A stretch of 64,000 bases of DNA. It comes from Octopus vulgaris. Its lineage: Eukaryota. The stretch is taken from positions 115,444,001-115,508,000 of the forward strand of contig OX597820.1 in NCBI GenBank assembly GCA_951406725.2. The letters run 5' to 3'. Numbering within the stretch: position 1 is the stretch's first letter; each line of letters begins with the position of its first letter. The notes beneath the pieces are model-generated. The model ran no database searches and had not been told where the DNA came from. It was given only the letters and a program-made list of their open reading frames with translations. A program made the translations under genes and the position numbers. Positions 1 through 14,439 of the stretch are shown here, piece after piece.

Positions 1-341
1 CCAACCTACCTCGAGTGTCTCTTGAGATCGTTTGAGTCAATGACTTTGAATATCTTCAGCACGTCCTGCTGCTCTTGTATCTGCAGACAGACTTGCTTTG
101 CAACATCTGTAATCTTCTCTTGTTGCTCTACGACGGTTATTTTCTTCTCCAGGATCCCTCTCCTTCCATCATTACTCAATGACTCTTATTTTAAGTCATG
201 CTTTATTTTTCTCATTTGCTCTCTCATCTCTCTCCATCTCTAATAACTTTTTGTTTCATTCGTTATTTTTACTTCCCTCTCTTCTTCTTTTCACAAACAC
301 AGACACACACACTCATACATCTCTCTTTATCTCTCTTTCTG

Positions 342-423
<82 letters not shown>

Positions 424-679
424 AAATTATAATTAAGGGTAACTAAAAGATACCACCATGCTAGAGATAGCAGTCAAAACTTGACTCTAAAACCACATCA
501 AGTATTCATACAGCACCAGGTGAAAAGACAAATAGACAAATAAACCAGCAAAAGATTATTGGATAATCCCAGATCTACAGTTCTATATTTAAGAGATAAG
601 GAATTATGTACATTATTTACATTATTTACAATTGAAGGATATTCGTCCTCATCTTGTTTGTGGTTAACGCGAGATGTTT

Positions 680-935
680 GGAGTTCTGATGAAAGTTTTC
701 AAACCTTTGTTCTCGGATTTTGTTCAACCAAATCATTTAATCCATCATGCCAAATAACTGATTTTGGTCTACCCCTTGGTTTATTTTCAAGGTTATCATC
801 TCCTGAACAAGAGCTTTGGAACCATCTCTGAACAGTTCTGATGTCAACAAAACCATTACCGCTTGATATACTGTAGAGCTTCTGCAGCAGAGTGACCCAG
901 TTTTTACTCCTACGAGAAAATCACTCAACATAGTT
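680..935 (-). pseudogene. Decayed mariner transposase, N-terminal HTH region
   Basis: Minus-strand translation across frameshifts gives IFS*E*KLGHSAAEALQYIK ... RTVQRWFQSSCSGDDNLENKPRGRPKSV...LNDLVEQNPRTKV*KLSSEL. This resembles the mariner N-terminus (EFKLGHSAAEA...TVQRWF...LEDEPRSGRP). Contains stops. Confidence 0.75.
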
Positions 936-1019
936 TGGTTGTTATCATTTTCATAAGGTCTGTGGATATGAATTTTGCATACCAATATTGTTGGGAAAGA
1001 AAATGAGTAAAGATTAAAT

Positions 1020-1400
1020 GCAAAGTAGTGGCTGTGTGGTAAGTAGCTTGCTAACCAACCACATGGTTCTTGGGCAAGTGTCTTCTGCTATAGCCCCAGG
1101 CCGACCAATGCCTTGTGAGTGGATTTGGTAGACGGAAACTGAAAGAAGCCTGTCGTATATATGTATATATATATATGTATGTGTGGTTGTTTGTATGTCT
1201 GTGTTTGTCCTCCTAGCATTGCTTGACAACCGATACTGGTGTGTTTATGTCCCCGTTACTTAGCAGTTCGGCAAAAGAGACCGATAGAATAAGTACTGGG
1301 CTTACAAAAAGAATAAGTCCCGGGGTCGATTTTCTCGATTAAAAGCGGTGCTCCAGCATGGCCGCAGTCAAATGACTGAAACAAGTAAAAGAGTAAAACA
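1020..1400 (+). mobile_element. tRNA-derived SINE family A (copy with B-box region deleted)
   Basis: A-box-like TGGCTGTGTGG head, CTTGGGCAAGTGTCTTC central motif, internal (TA)n/(GT)n, 3' tail GAAACAAGTAAAAGAG; about 20 related copies in the window. Confidence 0.85.
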
Positions 1401-1944
1401 GTAATTGAGTTTTTAAATGACTGAAATAACAAGTAATTATAAATGCGACATTTTATGTGAAACAACCTATTATATGTTTTACATACATTTATATTTTTCT
1501 TTAATTTTTGCCTTTTGTCTTCTTACTTTACTTTTTATTTTTATGTTATTTTATTTTTATCTTTACTTACATCAATAATTCACTAGCTAAATACATACAC
1601 ATAATATATATTATCTAACTTCTTAAACTTGTTAGTAACTCGCATGCATCCTTTCAAGAAATATGTTAACCTTTGTTGTATAAAGCCCTGATCAGATTCT
1701 GTCCCACATAGTTGAAAACCCTGACCAATTCTTAGCACACGATGCTACCCAAATGCTTAGAATTATAAATCACATTGGCGCATGAATCGAAACAAATATG
1801 TAGATCTTTGGCATCTGCCATTTCTTCTTTTGAGCTTTATAATGTATGATTTATTTGTCTTGTTTTTATAAATAACTTTCAACCTCATAATATCTTACAA
1901 ATCAATTAATTATACATCCCTAATTCTCCATTTTCTATCTTTCA

Positions 1945-2360
1945 TTACATATACATATATACACACATATACACACACACACATATATATACACACACAT
2001 AGACACATATATGTATATATATATATATATATATGCACACATATATACACACATATATATATATAATACATATATGCATACATACATATATACATATACA
2101 CACACACACACTTATATGTATGCACATGTGTGTGTATGCATATATGTATATATATATACATACATGTGTGTGCATATATACATATATATATGTATGTGTG
2201 TGTGCATATACATAAATATATATATATATATATACACACATACACATACATATATATATATATATTACACACACACATACATACACACACACGTATACAC
2301 ACACACATACATACACACACACACAAACACACACACACACACATATAGATATACACACAT
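1945..2360. repeat. Compound (TA)n/(CA)n microsatellite
   Basis: Directly visible; source of several spurious ORFs. Confidence 0.95.
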
Positions 2361-2808
2361 CAAGTCAAGTAGTCAAATAGTGTTTATATATAGTGTAAAT
2401 TTCACATCCGCTCCAATCGGTTTTTTGTTGTGTCTTTCGACACGATTTCCCTCTCAGGTTTGTCAACCTCAGTTGACTTATCTGTCTGTGCCATATTTAT
2501 AGTGTCAGATGATATGACACACAGTATTTAGTTCCAACCCTTTTGTCCTCAGCTCAAATCACACCAAATTTGCCTTTCATCCTCCCAAGGAATGCCAGGC
2601 TTAGGCATAAGCCAAACAAGCTACTTACTTAGTCCTTCAGATTCTGCAGAAACATCTCTTTTCAAATGTTGTGACTTCTTCTGGGGTAATTTTTTAACAA
2701 GAGGCCTCTCCAAATCCTTTGAAGGTTAAGACTTCACCATCTACAGATCCCCTGCATTGCTTCAAAGGTCGATAAAATAAAACACCAGTCAACTACTAGG
2801 TCGACTTC

Positions 2809-3100
2809 CTCATCATCATCATCATCTTTTAACGTCTGCTTTCCGTGTTAGCATGGGTCGGACGATTTGATTGAGGTCTGGTGAACCAGATGGCCGCACC
2901 TGGCTCCAATCTTGATCCGGCAGAGTTTCTACAGCTCGATGCCCTTCCTAATGCCAACCACTTTAAGAGTGTAGTGGGTGCTTTTATGTGCCACCGGCAC
3001 GGGGCCCAGTCAGGCGGTACTGGTAACGACCTTGCTCGAATCTTTTTACACATGCCACCGGCACAGGTGTCGGTAAGGCGATGCTGGTAACGATCATGCT
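2809..3100 (-). mobile_element. 3' part of a SINE-like retroelement with (GAT)n tail
   Basis: Minus strand reads ...GTTGGCATTAGGAAGGGCATCGAGCTGTAGAAAC...CAGACGTTAAAAGATGATGATG; GGAAGGGCATC-type motif and trinucleotide tail. Confidence 0.6.
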
Positions 3101-3116
3101 CTGTTGTTACCTATAG

Positions 3117-3366
3117 GTTCTGGTGGTGGAAGGAAATGTCAGACTTGCAGATTATGTTCTGCGATTGCCAGGAAAACAAATACCTAAGACAGCTAAACAA
3201 TGCGGACCAGTAGAGGGATGAAGAAAGAGATGGAGGTGCATGAAGACGTGGCAACTGAGCATCATCCGGAATGATGCAGGCAGCTATACTCAAAACCAGG
3301 ACTACTGCAGACATCTTTCTACACAATGTACAGGCCAGCTGTATGGAAGGAACTGAGACTAAGGGT
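3117..3366 (+). pseudogene. RTE-clade LINE ORF C-terminal remnant
   Basis: RLADYVLRLPGKQIPKTAKQCGPVEG*RKRWRCMKTW resembles RTE C-terminal GHVLR..PK...W.P..GKRKRGRP.KTW; in-frame stops. Confidence 0.6.
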
Positions 3367-4319
3367 AAGAATGTTTTCTAAGTGAATGAGAGGGGAGGAG
3401 GGGGGGAAAGAAGTAGAAGGAAAAGGAGGTGGAGGTGGAGGAGGATTAAATGAAGTGAAAGAAAGAAGAAATGAAAAGAAAAAAATCTTTCTGTTAATGC
3501 AACAAAAACAAAAACAGCAGCAACAACAATGCTGCAGTGAAAATGTCTCGAATATTTCAATTAATATTGATCAATAAAATAGCTTTTTAATAAAATACAT
3601 AGATTCGTAAGAACGAAAAAGAATCAGAGACTGATGTTTTAGTGTGTGTGTGTGTGTGTGTGTGTGCACTAACCTAGCTAGAGTGTGTGCCGCCCATGGT
3701 GGCCCTTCCGTTTGTTGCCCCTGAAACCTACAAAAAACACATATTGCCAACAACAGACCCAAAAATGCTGTCCCTTTGAAAGTGCCGGCTGAGTTGGACT
3801 GCCCCTACCACACCCCCTAGCGATGCTTGTGTGTGTGTGTGTGTGTGTATTTGGTTGTTAAATCTCATGTTGGCCTTGATCGAGCAGAGCTGATCTATGA
3901 TCAAAAGTGTTCCAGTAATGACCATCCAATCATATTTTGTTCTCATCCTGCATCTAATACTGTATTATTCAATACAATCTTTGATATCACTTTTAAGATA
4001 GAAGAGAAGAATTTCTAAGAAATTTAGCTGTTGTTTCTAAGAACTCAAATGATCATGTAGAACTCCTCCCACAAATAGACAAGAACGGTGAGAGAGGTGT
4101 TCAGAGAGGCCCAGAAAACCAAGGTGTAGTCTGTATTTATCTGAAAGGTCAAATCCATTAAAAGAAAAGAAGAAAACTTGAAGATAGCTACAGTTTCTTT
4201 GAATCCTGAGATGAGAGACTCCTTCAAACTTAGAGGCCCAAAAGCAAATTTCTTCAACCTTACAAAAGTAAAAGTTCCTTTTGATCTGTGCCAGTCATAT
4301 CCGCAATCATTTGGTCTCC

Positions 4320-4874
4320 CGGAGGCGAAATTTTTTTCCCCACGAGAGTTCCGGACCCCAGTTATGAACTCATTTGCATACAGCTAATCAGAACTCAACA
4401 ATCAAACTAATTTATGAGCGTATAACAAGTGATGGGCGATAAGATAAGGTCACTTGGGTAAGGAATGACCATGTTTCTTTTCTCTTTTAAGAATGCTTGT
4501 TGTTCTGGTTCTTTTTCCAACCATGGCTTCCTCTGCGTAGTTATGTTGTTGTTTACTTTGTAAAGCAGAAAAGGGAGGGGACTGCTAGCACATCACCCTC
4601 TACCCACATTTTCCCCATCCACATCTTTACCATATGGGGCCCTAACAAAATCCGATAATAGGTATGGATGCAAAATCTAATTACTTGTCTCCTTCTAAAA
4701 TCAGGCATAACTTGGTGATTGGTCGACTTACAACAGCGTTCTTCGTCTTGAGTTTACTTGGCAGAGTGTGTTCGTTAACTTGACAACGAGGTCAAGGTGA
4801 GCTCTGATTGGCTGTATGCAAATGAGTTCATTGCTGGAGTCTGGAACTGTCGTGGGAAACAAATTTCACCCCCG
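4320..4874. mobile_element. MITE with ~78-bp terminal inverted repeats
   Basis: 4320-4397 is the imperfect reverse complement of 4798-4874; second copy at 55880-56365. Confidence 0.8.
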
Positions 4875-5362
4875 ACCCCAGAGTCCCTGTGTAAAGGTAT
4901 GTATGTATGTATGTAGGGTGAGGTGATGAATATCTGCACATGCGTGTTTAAAAGTCAAAGCCATTTTCTCTGTGTTTTTTTGGATTTGTTAGTTCAGGAA
5001 TGCACAGCAGAATATCATTCTGATCAATGTCTACTGACTTGGAAGTCAAACCACCCAAAGGTCAACTTAACCTTTTATCAAACAAGATGAGTAACTGTTA
5101 TAACTTGACAACTGATCAAATAAGCCAGATTACATTAAGATGATATCTTATAGCATCTATTAACCATTTAGGAGTGCAGAAACCAAACCAATGTTCAAAT
5201 TTGTGTCTGTACATCCTCGACGTATCCTTGGGTGCTTGCTTATACATACATACATACATGTGTGTGTAGTGTTTCTATGCACACATACTCACACACACAC
5301 ACATTCATACATATATATTATGAAATACTATTCATATATATATATATATATATATACATGTG

Positions 5363-5459
<97 letters not shown>

Positions 5460-5461
5460 GC

Positions 5462-6044
5462 ATATATGGGTACAGGACATCACCAATAGTAAACAACATG
5501 AAATACGAAAACAAATGAGTTCAATACGCAATCAACAAAAGAAACAAATGGAAAACAGGGCAAGTAACAAAAAGAACGACCCTTCATCAATTGTCGGCTG
5601 TCTTTCTACTCCTCATTTCGAACATTGAACGACTATATGAGTCTTCAAAGACAGTTGTTCTCATAAGTACCAAAATAAAATTTGGGATTTTATGGAGGGT
5701 CAAAGTTGGGAACAAAAAGCAGGACAGTGGAGATATACAAAGAAACCAAACGAAAACAAATGAGGGTCGTTAGACCTGAACGAGGGTAAAATAGCGAACG
5801 CTGGAGAAACATTTTCTTTGACAATAGAAAAGATTGAAGAGAGAGATCTTTTTGATGCGAATTTACTCTATACTGTTTTCTCCCCCTATCATTTCCTCTT
5901 GTCAAAGAAAATATTTCTCCAGCGTTCGCTATTTTACCCTCGTTCTGCTCTAACGACCCTCCATGCTTGTTTTCGTTTGGTTTCCTTGTATGTCTCCACT
6001 GTCCTGTTTTTGTTGCCAAATTTGACCCTCCATAAACCCGAAAT
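5462..6044. mobile_element. Insertion in (TA)n containing a ~155-bp fold-back
   Basis: Arms 5680-5834 and 5888-6044 are reverse complements (opposite-strand ORFs share the peptide FLQRSLFYPRS); TA repeats on both sides. Confidence 0.75.
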
Positions 6045-6061
6045 ATATATATATATATACA

Positions 6062-6587
6062 TCTCTAATATAAAATCCGTTCTGTCAGTCTGTGTGTGTG
6101 TCTTCTACGATCTCGGGCATCCTCCATTCGATTGCGCTCAAATTTGATATGTAGATACCGACGGTATCAGGGCGTGTATAAGTCTTGAAAAAATTACAAA
6201 AATCGATTCCAGATGAGAATGCGATCGATAAAGCCGTGGGAACGTGCATTTGTACGCGCAAGTACATCAGCTGTTGTGATCGATACTACACGTACGCGAG
6301 AAAAATGCACTGTTTATAATATGTTTGTGTTCTCCCAGTCAACAGCCTTATCATTACTGGTACTTTAAACTCTTCGGTTGCATATTTGTGTGAATAAAAT
6401 CGTTTTTCTTTGGAATAGAAAAAAGTCTATCTTTATTTCTTCTTTTGCTGGTGTCTCAAAGTAAGGTTTAATCAGTGTTTCTCAAAGGGGTGGCCTATGG
6501 GACGGTCGGACAAGTTGTTTTGAGAAAATTTGGTTTAAATGTTTAACAACTCAGCACCGTTCATTGGACGGGGTGGCGTTTTGCTCG
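6062..6587 (+). mobile_element. Non-autonomous Helitron-like element
   Basis: A|TC start (ATCTCTAATATAAAA), subterminal hairpin CCGTTCATTGGACGG, ends CTCG|T; start resembles the 15882 element. Confidence 0.55.
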
Positions 6588-9559
6588 TATATATATATAT
6601 ATATCCCAGATGAACCTATATCAAGGCAGGAAACCCAAAAGAGGGCAGCGATATCGAACCCTCTCCTTCACCAAAAGCCAAACCCATAGATTTAGCCAAT
6701 TGAAAGATGAATACAATGGCGGTGCCTCAGCATGGCCGCAACCTGAAGGCTAAAATATATAACTATAAGTGTGTGTGTGTGTGTGTGTACACACACACTC
6801 ATAGTTAAAAGACGGTTCTTAGAATTACGAATAATGTTTTCAATTATTGTTTCTAAAATGTATTGGATCCAAACTGTTTATACGCTTAATGTTATCAAGT
6901 TATCCATCAGTTATTGCTATCAAAAAGCTTAGTCCCAAGATGATCACAATAAACGGCTTCCATTGCATAATTGTGATAATAAGATAGATAGATAGATAGA
7001 TAGATACATACATACATACATACATACATACATACATACATACATACATACATACATACATACATACATACATACATACATACATACATAGGCAGACAGA
7101 CAGACGCAAATGGACAGACAGAGAGCCAGATAGATTGATAAATAGGTAAACAAATACGGGAGTAAAAAATGATTTTCGTGCTATTAGTGTACAAGCATTT
7201 ATAAATGTATGAACGCAGATAGTTATGAAGAAAGTATGAAGGCTTATATAAGTACACAGGTTAGTATAAAGAATAAAGTCTTTTGGCGAACAATCGAAAT
7301 TGGATCATAGACTTGGTTGACAAGGAACTCAAATCTCCAACCTCCACAGACAAACACTTATTCATTATTCGTATATTATAGGATGAGGGTAAGATTCTTT
7401 TTAGCTAACCGAATCCGTGACCTATTTTCGTTTCGTTCTGAGAAAAGCATCACTGTCACGTTCCCTCCTCCCACAAAATTTTTTAGGTCATATAATGTTG
7501 TAAGGAAGTTATTTGTGGTATAAACACTGCAGCGTTTTGGTGTATCACTAATTTGGCTACGTTGACATTTTCAAATTAGCTCATTAATTAGCTAAATAGG
7601 AAGATGAAAACCCGAACAAGAACTACCATGTTTGATGGCATAAAAGACACAGAGATGTTAGATACACTTCACTTTCAACATAACATATTTAAGAAAAAAT
7701 AGCTTAAAGAGCATTAAAGCTGTTGAGAGACCCCAACTTCGGATATATGATTTGGGGTGATTTAAATTTTCTATTTTCTTGCAAATAGTTTGAGAAGAAA
7801 GTGCGTTTTGCATATAATCAAATATGGTAATTGATAACAGAATATTGATTTCAAATCTTGGCACCTGGTCAGCAATTTCGGAAGCGGGGCTAAGTCGATG
7901 ACTTATCGATCCCGAAAGTATAAAAGTCGAAGTGAACCTCGGCCGAATTTGAACACAGAATGTAACATTGATAAGTGAATATTAAATGAGAACTTACCTT
8001 AATCATAATGGCTATTTTGGTCACCGTTAAAATCGTTGTGTTTATGGTCAATCAGGTGTGTCGATACCTACCTGAATAGAATCAGATAACTGGCGGTTGG
8101 TTAACTCAGGCGTAAACAGTAACGATAAAAAGGCGGACACTCCATAACTGACAAAAGTTTCATTAGCTGCTCACAGTGTTGGCTTCAAATCAAACCCTCC
8201 GATGAAATATCGGAATGAATGCAAATATAACTTGCAACATAGTTTTTATTACCGAAGCCTCAAACGGCGATAAGTTGGAAGAAACAGCACAGCGTCGCGA
8301 AGCCTATTTTGTTTTTCCCTGCGTCGAGAGCAATAAAACAGGCGTTGATTTTGTCCACTCTATCCGTCGAAATCAACGACTTTTTCTATCCAGAGTATAA
8401 ATTTATATTTATACTTATAATCAATGGTGCTCCTAGTTTTGTTAATGTTTTCGAAGAATAACATCATTGAAAATTTGAGATTTCCTAACAAATAAATACT
8501 TTACGGTATATCTCCCAGTTTTAACATTTTAATTTCAAGTCCCACCTGCATGGAAAAGGCAACGGGGGAGACCACGCCAGAATTCATCCCAAGCCTAGCC
8601 ATGGCAGCCGAAATTCCAGTAATCTACTAAACAACAACAACAACAGGGGAAGGTACGGACTCTTCCAGGTCGTATAGAGAGTACCGAGGAAGGTTCACAA
8701 GCACAGGACCGGCCCAAGGTCAGACCATCAGTAGACTGAACAAAAGAGAGAGAGAGAGACAAAGTCGTATTCTGCAAATTAAATTTGTTAGTGAAACTGT
8801 GGAAATACTCACAAATCTTTTCTGAAATCCCAATAAATATTTAATGTCCGGTATTTATTGCCTCAGCCTCTTTAGAGATACGAAAACACAAGGCAGACAC
8901 AAGACAAAGAAGTTGTAGAGAGCTGTGTAATCGATTATATTGATTTCATAACTCATTTCATCAACTCTGAAGAGATGAAAGGCAAAGTTGACTGCGACAT
9001 GATTTGAATACAGATGATAGCCCTTTACAAGTGTTATTGTGTAAATTCCAATAAAGTAAAATTCAATTAATTGGAGAGACGGGGACTATGGCTACATTAT
9101 TGAAATCAAACTATGGTTGAACCCCATAGGAAAGAAGAATTCCTTTTATAGTGAAGAACGTTTGTCCAAATGATACATTTATATTTACTTGGAAGAATTC
9201 GCTGGATAGAAGAGTGTTTTTTTGTGGGTGGGAGGCTGTGAGGATGGTAAAGAAGACGGGGAGAGATTGGCATCTTGATATAGTTTTACTTGTTTCAGTC
9301 TTTGGACTGAGGAAACAACTAAGGCACCGCTTTGAAGGATTTTAGTCAATATTAAAAAAAATTTTTTTTATCTAGTTTCAGCTCACGAACTGTGGCCATG
9401 CTGGGGCACCGCCATTGTGACTTAAAAAAAAAAAAAGTCTGATACTTATTCTGTCTGTCTCTTTGCCGAAATGTTATGTCACCGGGACGTAAACAAACCA
9501 GCACCAGCCGATAAGCAATGGTAGGGATGACGAACACAGACACAAAGAAACGTGGGTGT

Positions 9560-9595
<36 letters not shown>

Positions 9596-10649
9596 GCACA
9601 ATATGTTTGTGCGTTTGTGTGACGAATAGCTTTCAAAATTCTAAGGCAGGATTCGAAATTGAATCCAGTTTCCTTCATCTTCTCTGCCTATTGTTCTCGC
9701 ATGTTGCACTAGGAAATTTATGAAAGTAAACTGACCGTTTAACCTTTTTCGAGACATACATGGGTTAAGTCTGGTCAGAGAGAGAAAATCCTTTGTCTAG
9801 CCAGACCTAATTTAACCAGGGGAAATATAAATACGCAGTCAAAAACCAGTTCTATCTCTTTGATCCTTTGGCCTCTGGCCAAAGAGCACATCTCTTTCTC
9901 ACTTCAAGCATACCTGTCAACGTGCAACACAAGAAGTCTTACTTTTTCTATCTGCTTAGATTCTCTCTTTCTCTTAGTAGTCACCCACAGATGAACCTAG
10001 CTATCCACAGAATGTTGTATACCAAAACAACTCGAAGGAGTTGTAATTCAGTTTGTAACGATGACGATAATAAACAAGGAACCATTTCAACTAACGATTA
10101 ATATTTTCTCTCATTTATTCGGTGCACGTTATCATTACACATGATCGTTATAATTAATGACTTCCGATTTTTATAAACTGTTAAAACTAGATCTTACACT
10201 CAATCAGTATATATACATACATACACGTTGGGCTGCCACACAGCTTCAGTCTACCAAATTCATTCTTAAGGCATTGGTAGGTCTGGTGCTATAGCAGAAG
10301 ATACGTGCCCAAAGTGCTGTGCAGTAGGACTGAACCCGAATTCACATGGTAGCAAAGCGAGCTTCTTAATCACATAACCATGTCAATTAAGATTTTTTTT
10401 CTTTTTCCTTTTATAGCCATAATTTTGATGAAATTCGGCACGTTTTCTGGGAAAATAATCAATCAGTAAATGGAATGATGAATATATGTGACACTTTCTT
10501 AAAGTTAAGCTTTTAACTATTGCAGTTGTATTAATTCCATTCAAGGGGTTTGTTCTTTTGCTAGAAGCCTACCAAATCTTTATAGGAAGAATTCCATGAA
10601 TAATAAAAGAGCTTATAATTCAGACACATATTTTTCTGCTCACGTTTTT

Positions 10650-11050
10650 CTCTCTTTTACTCTTTTACACGTTTCGGTCATTTGACAGTGGCCATGTTGG
10701 AGCACTGCCTTTAGTCGAGCAAATCGACCCCAGGACTTATTCTTTGTAAGCCTAGTACTTATTCTATCATTCTCTTTTGCCAAATCGCTACATTTCAGGG
10801 ACACAAACACACCAATATCGGTTGTCAAGCGATAGTGGTGGTGGTGGGACAAACACAGACACAAAGACACACACAAATAAATATATATATATACATGACG
10901 GGCTTCTTTTAGTTTCCATCTACCAAATCCACTCAGAAAGCTTTGGTGGGTCCAAGGCTATATAGTCAAAGACGCCCAAGGTGCCACGTAGTGGGACTGA
11001 ACCCAGAACCATGTGATTGGGAAGCCAGCTTCGTACCACACAGCCACGCC
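10650..11050 (-). mobile_element. SINE family A
   Basis: Full-length reverse copy with internal CA/TA tract. Confidence 0.85.
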
Positions 11051-12899
11051 TTTCCATGTTTTTTTTCTCTCCTCATTCCTTTCTGTAGCTTGAAATGCCA
11101 GACTTCTTCCATTCCTTCTTCTTATTTTTTCCTGAGCGTTAAACTAATAAACCCTGTTTGTTGTTCCTTAACCTCGCCTTTATGGGATTTGTTTTGTTGA
11201 TGTGCATTTTGGACCATGCATCCATATATACATTCATATATACAGTATGTATTTACACATACATATATACACATACTTTCATACATACATCATACATACA
11301 TATATGCATGCATTCATTCATACTTACATATGTAACACACACACACACACACCACATACACACACATACACATACATACATACATACATACATACATACA
11401 TACACATACATACATACATACATACATACATACATACATACATACATACATACATACATACATACATACATACATACATACATTTGAAGCAAGATTCGAA
11501 ACCGAATCTACGAATTGCCAAGTTGAAATCACGATTAATAACAACTTTTCATGTGATCGACTGAGTTATGGACCAATCAGCAGGCAGACAGACTACTGAT
11601 TGATCCATAGATTATTCAAGAAGCCTGCAGCATATTCCCCTAAAAAGGCCAAGAAGCCAATACGCACGTTTTGCGCACCAACTTCCAGATTATGACCGTC
11701 CACAACTAAGCTAACCACACAGTACTTAGCTGTTTTTAACAGTCGTTGACACGACTCTTATTCAACCTGGATATTCCGCTACAATTCAACGACATGAACA
11801 TAACGTGTCTATTTTCTCCAGCTTAATTACAGAGTCCTATTAATGGACTATTTGTAAGAGCTAAATAATATTCTTTCCAATGAGAAACTTTGTTTCCTAA
11901 GTGCAAACTTTGTGGTTGCAGTTTCTAATTCATGACCAACACGAAAATTATTTGTGCGGCAAAATACAATTCTGTTAATTGTTCACGGATGTTGTGCATT
12001 CATTATACGCAGCCAGATTCCAACTCGACTTCAAGAATCTCTTATCTTTTATCCTTTGTCTATCGAGGCAACCATCTGCACCTTGTGACACATTCTTACA
12101 TACATACATATACTATTATCAAACCGCATAAACCACGACAGATGTTGACACTAATATAGCGTATATTGTAAAATACTGTCTAAATTCTAAGGATGGAAGA
12201 TTTTTCTCAGTTAATGGCAAGCTCCTTCGTTCACCGAAACTTTAAAGAATATTTTAAAAACCCTTTTCTTTTACATATACTTTCGTGCATTCACACACAC
12301 ACACTGCAGTGTCGAATGAGTTGTTATTTTAGAAATGAAGGAAATCTCGGATGCAGAAGAATAACTGTGAAAACAGATTTGAGGATCGGGTAATATACCC
12401 TCAAAAAAGTGGACGACCAACCGCTACAGAGAAACGAGCGGAAACACACACACAAAGAGATTGGAGGAAGAGAGAGAATGATACATACTTACATGTACAT
12501 ATGTGTGTGAATGAGTGACTGTGTGTTCACAAAATATGTATGAGCAAATCTTTTAGTAATTATGTCAATATATCGTCTCTTGAGCATTTTGTGCGTCAGT
12601 ATGTGTATTCCTGCGTAAGTCTGTTTGTGTGTACATATTCTTGTATGTGTTTGTGTGTGTCATTTATAGCCATATGGTAGTAATAAATAAAGTGGGACAA
12701 AGTCACTTATGGTCAATTAAACCCCCTAAGTACCTACCATACTAAGTTAGACAATGAATAGCATGAGGCGGTGATACGTTTGAAATGGTGACAGACAGGG
12801 CTGCAAGTAAGTAATCTGAGCGAGAGTAAACTCACAAATATCCTCACAAACACCTCACTTTTATGAAACGAACGGATTTCTTCTTGCTTTTACAATTTG

Positions 12900-13307
12900 G
12901 GGATCTTTTCGGTTTGAACGGCAGTTTTTTCTAGCGGTGTCATATGAAATTGTCACCCATAATTATAACCCTAGTATCGATCTATTGCATTTCAATGTTT
13001 TAGGGGTGGGGGAAGGGTATCTTTTTTTTCTTCACAAATGTAAATAAACCCAATCTGTTTCTTAAACGAGGGACATATTCATACGGCACAGAATGTTTTT
13101 TTTTACCTCAATGGACGTCACTGATTGGTTGAAATTGCAGAAATTGAAGTAAAAAAACAACAAATATCTTACAAACCATAGAATTTTCTCAATAAAGCCA
13201 AGAGAAAAAGATGTTTTATAAATACATTCTTCCAGTATACGAAGTTTAAATTTTTTTAGTTACCTAGAAATTATGTTAAAAACTGCCGTTCAAACCGAAA
13301 AGATCCC
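12900..13307. mobile_element. MITE with perfect 30-bp TIRs
   Basis: GGGATCTTTTCGGTTTGAACGGCAGTTTTT (12900-12929) and its reverse complement (13278-13307); diverged partial relatives near 14244-14440 and 18838-19060. Confidence 0.85.
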
Positions 13308-13499
13308 GACTAACCCCTTCTCCCTTAAAAATTGCTGGTCTTGTGCCAAAATTTGAAACCAGAATTGTTTAATCCCAAGTCGGCACTGACCAAGCAGATC
13401 TATGACCCCAAAATATTCAACCCATGGCCGACCCTCTCTTTCTTTCTTTTTTTGTTTGTTATTGTTTTTGATAGTGTATCACGAATTACATTACATTAC

Positions 13500-13716
13500 T
13501 TAACCGTTTTAATACCAAAACGGCTGAAACTGCCTCTGGCTCTGTAGTACAAATGTCTTGTTTTCATCAGTTTTGAATTAAAATCTTGCATCAAACCTTA
13601 GTCACAATTTATGTTCCTAACACTAGCTGAATGATAACCAAGTTATTTTACTAAATTCTTTGTTTTATTTAAAATTAATTGAAAGAAACACAGAAGTATG
13701 GTAACAAAAGAGTTAA
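13500..13716. mobile_element. piggyBac-type MITE, decayed
   Basis: TTAA|CCGTTTTAATACCA ... TGGTAACAAAAGAG|TTAA. Confidence 0.55.
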
Positions 13717-14439
13717 TATATTCTCTTTTAAAAGAGTGAAAGAGTAGTTTGAGAGTGAATCGGTTACTATTTCTAACAGGGCGGGAGACCGCATAATGTT
13801 ACGGTATAATTGTGAATGGTTGCTTGTGGAAGATTAAGATACGGCACAGAGATGTTGCATGTTAGAGGGGAGGCTGAGTGTCACAGAATTACAAAAATAA
13901 GTTGAAAGATATGTGATATATTAGGGATTTTATCGGATCATTACGAAGTTTCACGACTGCGACGAGATGGAGTCAGTTTTGACGGAGAATATTTTGTCGA
14001 TGTTTTTAGAAGTCTGTTACTGTGGGAGGAGAATGGTAAAGTATACAAAGCTCACACGAAGTAAGTCGCCAGTGTGTGTGAGGGAGGGAGGGGAGAAGGA
14101 AAGAGAACCAAGTCTCTGGCTTCCACGATGACAGAAATAAACTGTCTGCAAGTGGACCAAAGGAAAGAGAGAAGTTGTCTCACTGAAACTTGCAGATAAA
14201 AGAGTGTTTTTGTACAAATATCTCATTATATAAATAATCCTTTCGGATCTTTTCAATCTGAGAGACAGCTTTTTAAAATTAATTTCTCTTTAACTAAACA
14301 CTTTCAAACTTCGGATCCTGGTAAAATGTGTCACATTGAACAGGGTTTACTCTTAGCGTTGTTGACAAAATTTTGTATTTTAGAAGTTATTTCGTGTTAA
14401 AGCTGTCGTATTTGGGTAATTTTAACCAATCAATGACGT

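Noticed and set aside
10-240. Minus-strand coiled-coil-like frame ending at an AG|GTAGGT donor
   Set aside because: In-frame stop upstream, no clear acceptor, no recognisable family; may be LINE debris
7998-8400. Minus-strand donors (AAG|GTAAGT, CAG|GTAGGT) beside CpG-enriched sequence as a possible first exon
   Set aside because: Splice motifs alone; no coding support
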